Shown in pieces: positions 23,593-28,171 of a DNA stretch of 28,171 nt. Below the pieces are notes generated by a model. The model searched no databases. It saw only the letters and a list, made by a program, of their open reading frames with translations, and was not told the DNA's origin. This DNA comes from a virus (lineage: Duplodnaviria; Caudoviricetes). The position numbers and the translations under genes were made by a program. Within the stretch, counting starts at the first letter, position 1. Every line of letters starts with the position of its first letter. Location of the stretch: the IMG/VR virus record IMGVR_UViG_3300032305_001698, positions 1 to 28,171 of that record; one strand, given 5' to 3'.

Positions 23593-25209
23593 TTAGGCGC
23601 TCCCCGCTCTTACGGTGATAGTGTTGTTTCCGCCTGAACCACCGCCCACAAAATTGCCGATCTGGGTCCAAAAGCCCTGCATAGCCTGGCGAGCCGCAGC
23701 ATCACCCGTAAGAGAGGTTTGAATGGCTTGGATCAAATACCCGTTGGAAATGCCAGAAGCATTCAAAGCCGCCGTAATGCCCGCAGAGCTAAGCGAATTA
23801 GCCATAGCACTAGCCGACATACCAGTTGTAATAGCGCTTGAACTCAAGTTATTGGCATAATTGTACTGCGCAAGACCAGAGTTAAGAGCGTTAGCATTTA
23901 GCACATCGCCAAGATTGGACTGCGCCAAACCAGCAGCAATGCCTTGAGAAGCATACCTATCGCCAATCTGCTGCGTGTCCAGACCTTGACGGTATTGGTC
24001 GCCCAGAAGCTGCGCCCGGAGGCTTTCTAGTTGGGTAGCCGCCTGCGCCGATGCCACACCGCCGCGGCTAATGCCCTGCTGAGCCAGCCTAGCTTGCGCC
24101 GCCTGATAAGCCTGCGCCGATGCCGGGGTCAAACCGCCCTCAAGCCCCATGCGGGCTATTTCACGGCCTTGGGTCTGATACGGGCTAGCAAGCGCGTTGT
24201 ATTGGTTCTGCACGGCGGCCGCCCGCGCCGCGGCATTACTGGCAATGCCAGACAACCCGGATTGAAGATCAACTGCGCGCTTATTGGCGGTATCTGCAAG
24301 CTGCTGAATGCCCGCCTGCGCCGTATCAGCCCGCGCTTGTTGCTGGTTGGAAAGAGCATTCAATTGCTGCTGCGCATTTCCACCCGCAGCCGCTGCATTT
24401 GCGGCTACATCACGGATTTGGTTGGCTGCGTTTTGAGATTGGGCTTGAGCCTGATTGCCAGCTTGCAATGCGGTTGCACCAGCACCACCGGCAGCCAAAA
24501 GCCGCGCCAGACCAGCAGCGTTTGCGCCGCCGCCAAGCAAGCCACCTAGGCCGCCACTACCAAACAATTGCCCCAAGAAAGAGTTTCTTGAGTCGTAATC
24601 GTTCCTAGCCGCAGTTGCTTCGGGCGTATCAGGATCAGGCGGAAGGATAGGATTGCCTTGAGAATCCAGAAGGCTCGGGTCCACAGCCTCAGGAGATGCC
24701 GCCCCACCTTGCCCTAGCGCCGCGATGTCCGCAGCACGGCGATCATCTTGCGCTTGCTGTTCTGGGCTTAACGCAGTGGCCGAAAGAAGGTCCACATTTG
24801 GGTCTTGGGCAGCAGGCTGCTCGCCGCCAGCCACAGGCTCTTGTGAAAACTGATCCTCATAAAAACCAGTCGCGTCTTGCCCACCCTCGTTACCCTGCAC
24901 AGGCTCATCATAATACTCATAGATAGGCCCGTAATCACCGCCCCCGCCGTAATCACCGCCGTAATCGCCCCCGTAATAGTCTCCCCCGCCGCCATAATCG
25001 TAAAAATCATCCTCAAACTCGGGCAAGCCGGTCTTTGGGTTGATGCTGCCGCGCCCACCGCGGGCCTTAAGCAACCTGGCTTCCTGCGGCGTAATGTGGG
25101 CCAACACCGTGTCGCGGCCACGCCCCTTCTTCCGCAGCATCTGTGCCAATTGGCGCAAATCCACGTCAGCCAAAGAGTCAGTGCGGAGGGCGCGAGCCAA
25201 TCTAGCCAT
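23593..25209 (-). CDS. Putative DNA ejection/pilot protein (538 aa)
   Basis: N-terminal GRGRDTVLAHITPQEARLLKARGGRGSINPKTGLPEF motif, which I recall from podovirus-like virion proteins; Ala/Gln/Asn-rich helical remainder. Confidence 0.65.
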   Translation of the reverse strand: MARLARALRTDSLADVDLRQLAQMLRKKGRGRDTVLAHITPQEARLLKARGGRGSINPKTGLPEFEDDFYDYGGGGDYYGGDYGGDYGGGGDYGPIYEYYDEPVQGNEGGQDATGFYEDQFSQEPVAGGEQPAAQDPNVDLLSATALSPEQQAQDDRRAADIAALGQGGAASPEAVDPSLLDSQGNPILPPDPDTPEATAARNDYDSRNSFLGQLFGSGGLGGLLGGGANAAGLARLLAAGGAGATALQAGNQAQAQSQNAANQIRDVAANAAAAGGNAQQQLNALSNQQQARADTAQAGIQQLADTANKRAVDLQSGLSGIASNAAARAAAVQNQYNALASPYQTQGREIARMGLEGGLTPASAQAYQAAQARLAQQGISRGGVASAQAATQLESLRAQLLGDQYRQGLDTQQIGDRYASQGIAAGLAQSNLGDVLNANALNSGLAQYNYANNLSSSAITTGMSASAMANSLSSAGITAALNASGISNGYLIQAIQTSLTGDAAARQAMQGFWTQIGNFVGGGSGGNNTITVRAGSA

Positions 25210-26806
25210 AGGATGATCCCAATGGGTCTGTCGTCCTTAGCGAAGACCTGTTCCAAGGAGACGGTTGAGAAGAACTGGGTTCGGTATTATCCGAAAGCGG
25301 CGAACTATAACCCGGATCACTCGGCGATGAAAGCAAACTGGCAAGCGCGGACGTGCTGATCGTGCTAGGCGTGCCAGAAGTGGTCACACCGCTCCCGCCG
25401 CTGGCCCCGCTAGTGCCATACACGCCGCTAACACCCGTGCCGCCCGTGCTTACACCCGTGCCGCCGCCTGAGCTTCCACCACCAGTAGAGCCTCCACCAC
25501 CAAGGTCAAAAAGCCCGGCTAGGTTCAACGATCCACCGCCAGTTGGTCCCGATGGACTTGGCGTATCCGGCGCATCCGGCGTGGGCGCTCTCGGCCTTGG
25601 CACCCTAATCACTTCACGCGATCTTGCTGTAGGCGTTGGCGTGTCAGGAGCCAAAGCACTACCCACAAAGTTGCTGGCAAGAGTGCCGCCCAAAGAGCCT
25701 ATCTGCCCACCCAAGCCCAGCGCATCGCTCAGAAGGTAGTTTGCAGCACCGCTAGCGCCGCCTGTGGCAAGGCCACGCAGGGCCGCGCCGCCAATATCGC
25801 CACCACTAGCCGCCGCCCTTGCCGCGCCGCTGGCACCGCCTCCAAGCGCGCTAGAAAGGGTGCCCTTTATGCCGCCTTCAAAGCCGGTGCTGCCCAAACC
25901 CGCAGCGCCCAGCAATTCCCTTGCGCCAGCACCAACAAAACCGCCCGCAGCGCCACCAAGAGCGCCCAGCCCAACATCTCCACCCTGAATGCCGGAAGTC
26001 AACGCACCGCGGCCAGCACCGACCAAGGTTTTGGCTGCAAGGTCGGCAACAGTAGAGTTAATGCCCGTCGCTTCTGCCGCCGCCTGCCCAAGAGGACCGC
26101 TGATGTTGGTCAGGTTGCCTACAGTCTCAACCACACCGCTGATTGCGTTGTAAACCGATGTCGCGCCGTCAATGATGGACGAGAATATCGAGGGAGCAGC
26201 AACCTCGGCAGCCCCAGCAGCGCCACCCGCCGCCGCGCTTACGCCCGTTTCAATTGCCGCCACCGCGGGCGCAGCTTCTGCCAACGCCGCAGTAGCCGCC
26301 CCCGCCTCAATAGCGCCCTCTGCCACCGCGGCAGCAACAGCGCCCTCCAATCCACCAGCACCCGCGCCTATAGCCGCACCTTCCGCAGCCGCAACAGCAG
26401 GACCAAAAAACCCTAGCGCCGTACCCGCCGTAAGCACCACCGCCACAGCCGCAACAATGCCAGCAATGATGTTGAACGTGCCTTTAGAGTCGCGCTGAGC
26501 CTTCCTTGCCGTTCCAAGGTCTTGCTGTCTTTGCCACTCTTGGCCGGCAGGGCTACGCCGGAAATTGTCATCTGCCAACTGCCGCTGATCGGCCAAATAC
26601 CCACTGTATTGCGCGGTATTGTAATTATACGCATCCCGGCCCGCCGCCCTCTCTTGGTTAACGTAGTTTGCATACTCATTAGGAGAGGTTAGGTATTCAA
26701 ATTGCCCAGTGTCGGCATTGGTGCCTGTAACAATTTGATCGGTTAAAGGATTGCCTTGGAAAATGCCGAGCTGGCCGCCGCCCTCATAAACACCTGACTC
26801 ACTCAT
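25202..26806 (-). CDS. Gly/Ala-rich putative membrane-penetrating virion protein (534 aa)
   Basis: TM-like IIAGIVAAVAVVLTAG, many GxxxG/glycine-zipper segments, Pro/Ser/Gly tail. Confidence 0.6.
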   Translation of the reverse strand: MSESGVYEGGGQLGIFQGNPLTDQIVTGTNADTGQFEYLTSPNEYANYVNQERAAGRDAYNYNTAQYSGYLADQRQLADDNFRRSPAGQEWQRQQDLGTARKAQRDSKGTFNIIAGIVAAVAVVLTAGTALGFFGPAVAAAEGAAIGAGAGGLEGAVAAAVAEGAIEAGAATAALAEAAPAVAAIETGVSAAAGGAAGAAEVAAPSIFSSIIDGATSVYNAISGVVETVGNLTNISGPLGQAAAEATGINSTVADLAAKTLVGAGRGALTSGIQGGDVGLGALGGAAGGFVGAGARELLGAAGLGSTGFEGGIKGTLSSALGGGASGAARAAASGGDIGGAALRGLATGGASGAANYLLSDALGLGGQIGSLGGTLASNFVGSALAPDTPTPTARSREVIRVPRPRAPTPDAPDTPSPSGPTGGGSLNLAGLFDLGGGGSTGGGSSGGGTGVSTGGTGVSGVYGTSGASGGSGVTTSGTPSTISTSALASLLSSPSDPGYSSPLSDNTEPSSSQPSPWNRSSLRTTDPLGSSYG

Positions 26807-27252
26807 GACAGCGCCACCTCCAAGATATAGACGGGTGCCATGCTGCCCCCGACATACTTCATCTGGGTGGTCACATTAGGCTTCACGCCACCGCGCTCCA
26901 GACCGGACTGGATTATACGCATAATCGCCGGCTGCATGGCATACGAATAGAACTTCTTGATGCCCAAAGCGCGCAACGTCTTAGGCAACACCGCCAGGCG
27001 CTGCGTGACCTCCTGCAAGCCCTCCGCGGTGTACATATGCACCTCGGCTTCCGTCTTCGGCAGCCAACGCCCGTCAGATGTGATGCGCGTGGTCGTAAAC
27101 ACCGTGTTCCCAATGCGGGACAACTGCAAAATCTTCATCTTGGCTAACGTGCCAATGTGAATTAATGCCTTTTCCGTTTCTTTTGGAGACCCGGTTTCGG
27201 CGTTCATGCCTTGCCGCAAAATCTGGGTGGTCGTCATCTGCTGAGAGGGCAT
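26803..27252 (-). CDS. Hypothetical protein (149 aa)
   Basis: Overlaps with both neighbours. Confidence 0.7.
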   Translation of the reverse strand: MPSQQMTTTQILRQGMNAETGSPKETEKALIHIGTLAKMKILQLSRIGNTVFTTTRITSDGRWLPKTEAEVHMYTAEGLQEVTQRLAVLPKTLRALGIKKFYSYAMQPAIMRIIQSGLERGGVKPNVTTQMKYVGGSMAPVYILEVALS

Positions 27253-27593
27253 TAGGACAACCCCAATTCAGCCGCGATCTGTTCATGGATCGTGAGGTGC
27301 GTAGAAAGCCAATCGTAGAACGACGCCTCGTTATTCCAGTCCGCATCCAGCATATTGAACGGGTTTTGCAGGCCCAAAAGGCTCGCAAATTGCTGGTGTT
27401 CGACCTGATGAGCCTGCAACCAGTCGTCCAAATTCTCAATATCGGCGTCCCCAAGCGGGTATGCCGGCACTTGGATGCCCTGATCGAAGAAAACGGCGCG
27501 AAAAGTCTGGTGCTGCACAGCATTTACAAACAAGAACTCGCCTAGGCTGTCCTTGTCCCCGAATTTGACGATGCTGAGCGTGCTAAAGTCCAC
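27252..27593 (-). CDS. Hypothetical His-patterned acidic virion-module protein (113 aa)
   Basis: GTG start; repeated WLxxHxxxH motifs. Confidence 0.75.
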   Translation of the reverse strand: MDFSTLSIVKFGDKDSLGEFLFVNAVQHQTFRAVFFDQGIQVPAYPLGDADIENLDDWLQAHQVEHQQFASLLGLQNPFNMLDADWNNEASFYDWLSTHLTIHEQIAAELGLS

Positions 27594-27606
27594 TAACCCC
27601 CCCTAA

Positions 27607-27777
27607 TTATATAGGTTCAACCCTTGTGTTCTCAGGCGGCGTCCATTCAGTAACGCCATCCCACACTATTATGTTGACTACAGAACCGGCAGGGATTACA
27701 ACCGTTACAACATTGCCAGACATATCTACTTGCATCTCTTCAATATCTACGGTTGTGATTACTTTATATTTGCTCAT
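27607..27777 (-). CDS. 56-aa tail-fibre-associated small protein
   Basis: Not in ORF track. GGAG SD; MSKYKVITT...VVNIIVWDGVTEWTPPENTRVEPI; follows the Gly-rich fibre gene. Confidence 0.7.
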   Translation of the reverse strand: MSKYKVITTVDIEEMQVDMSGNVVTVVIPAGSVVNIIVWDGVTEWTPPENTRVEPI

Positions 27778-27779
27778 AA

Positions 27780-28171
27780 TCACCACTCCACAACAATGAC
27801 AATGCCTGGGCCACCAGCGCCGCCAACACCGCCATCAAAACTGTTTGTGCTGTTTCCAGCGCCACCGCCACCACCGCCACCGCCATAATTGCCGCCTGTG
27901 CCACCATCGCCGCCGTTGGCAGCAGCAGCAGAACCAGCGCCACCACCAGCACCGCCACCAGTTGCTGCGCTTGGACCAATCCGCATTGTTGTGTTTGATG
28001 AGCCATTACCGCCTGGGGAAGATACAGCCCCCGCAGCAGCACTTGTCACCGTGCCGTTAACGACTGACGCCCCGCCCGATCCTCCCACGAGTGCCACACC
28101 CGCGACTGAAAACCCACCGCCAGAACCACCGCCAGAAGCGGTTAACAACGCACTGCCACCTGCCGCCGCAA
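27780..28171 (-). CDS. Glycine-rich tail fibre/receptor-binding protein, C-terminal part (enters from right edge)
   Basis: Poly-Gly segments ending GGAGGPGIVIVVEW, typical of phage glycine-rich domains. Confidence 0.75.
   Translation of the reverse strand, partial: AAAGGSALLTASGGGSGGGFSVAGVALVGGSGGASVVNGTVTSAAAGAVSSPGGNGSSNTTMRIGPSAATGGGAGGGAGSAAAANGGDGGTGGNYGGGGGGGGAGNSTNSFDGGVGGAGGPGIVIVVEW

Larger units (their letters stand above)
1..28171. mobile_element. Tailed dsDNA bacteriophage genome segment (podovirus-like)
   Basis: Terminase, portal, capsid, endolysin, recombination and tail genes are densely packed with overlapping stop/start codons. No host housekeeping genes, tape measure or sheath genes seen. 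Confidence 0.96.

Noticed and set aside
25134-25148. sigma54-like TGGCACAGATGCTGC on the minus strand
   Set aside because: Correct spacing but mismatched -12 element and inside conserved coding sequence; may be chance.

Overview
Most of a small tailed dsDNA phage genome (podovirus-like). An alphaproteobacterial host is inferred from GcrA-like HTH proteins and the GC-rich sequence. A long minus-strand late operon covers both ends of the window: terminase, portal, scaffold-like and major capsid genes on the left; tail fibre, four large internal/ejection-type proteins, small basic proteins and a metallophosphoesterase on the right. These probably join beyond the window edges. The middle holds a rightward early cluster ending in a GH19 endolysin, a short leftward replication/C5-methylase operon, and a rightward recombination/modification operon (YqaJ nuclease, RecT-like, SSB-like, resolvase, glycosyltransferase-like, SAM methyltransferase). 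No integrase, DNA polymerase, tRNA or CRISPR was seen. The most unusual signals are non-coding or below the ORF-track cutoff: (1) three near-perfect sigma54 (-24/-12) motifs, one facing the late operon, with no enhancer-binding protein in the window; (2) 14-aa and 10-aa Arg/Lys micro-ORFs with perfect Shine-Dalgarno sites, followed by a hairpin and a textbook H-type pseudoknot, inside the head module; (3) a candidate ~78-nt sRNA with 10-nt perfect complementarity to the ribosome-binding regions of two operon-leading genes, which also share a 9-bp-period triple operator. All product calls come from motif recognition by eye; no database search was run.
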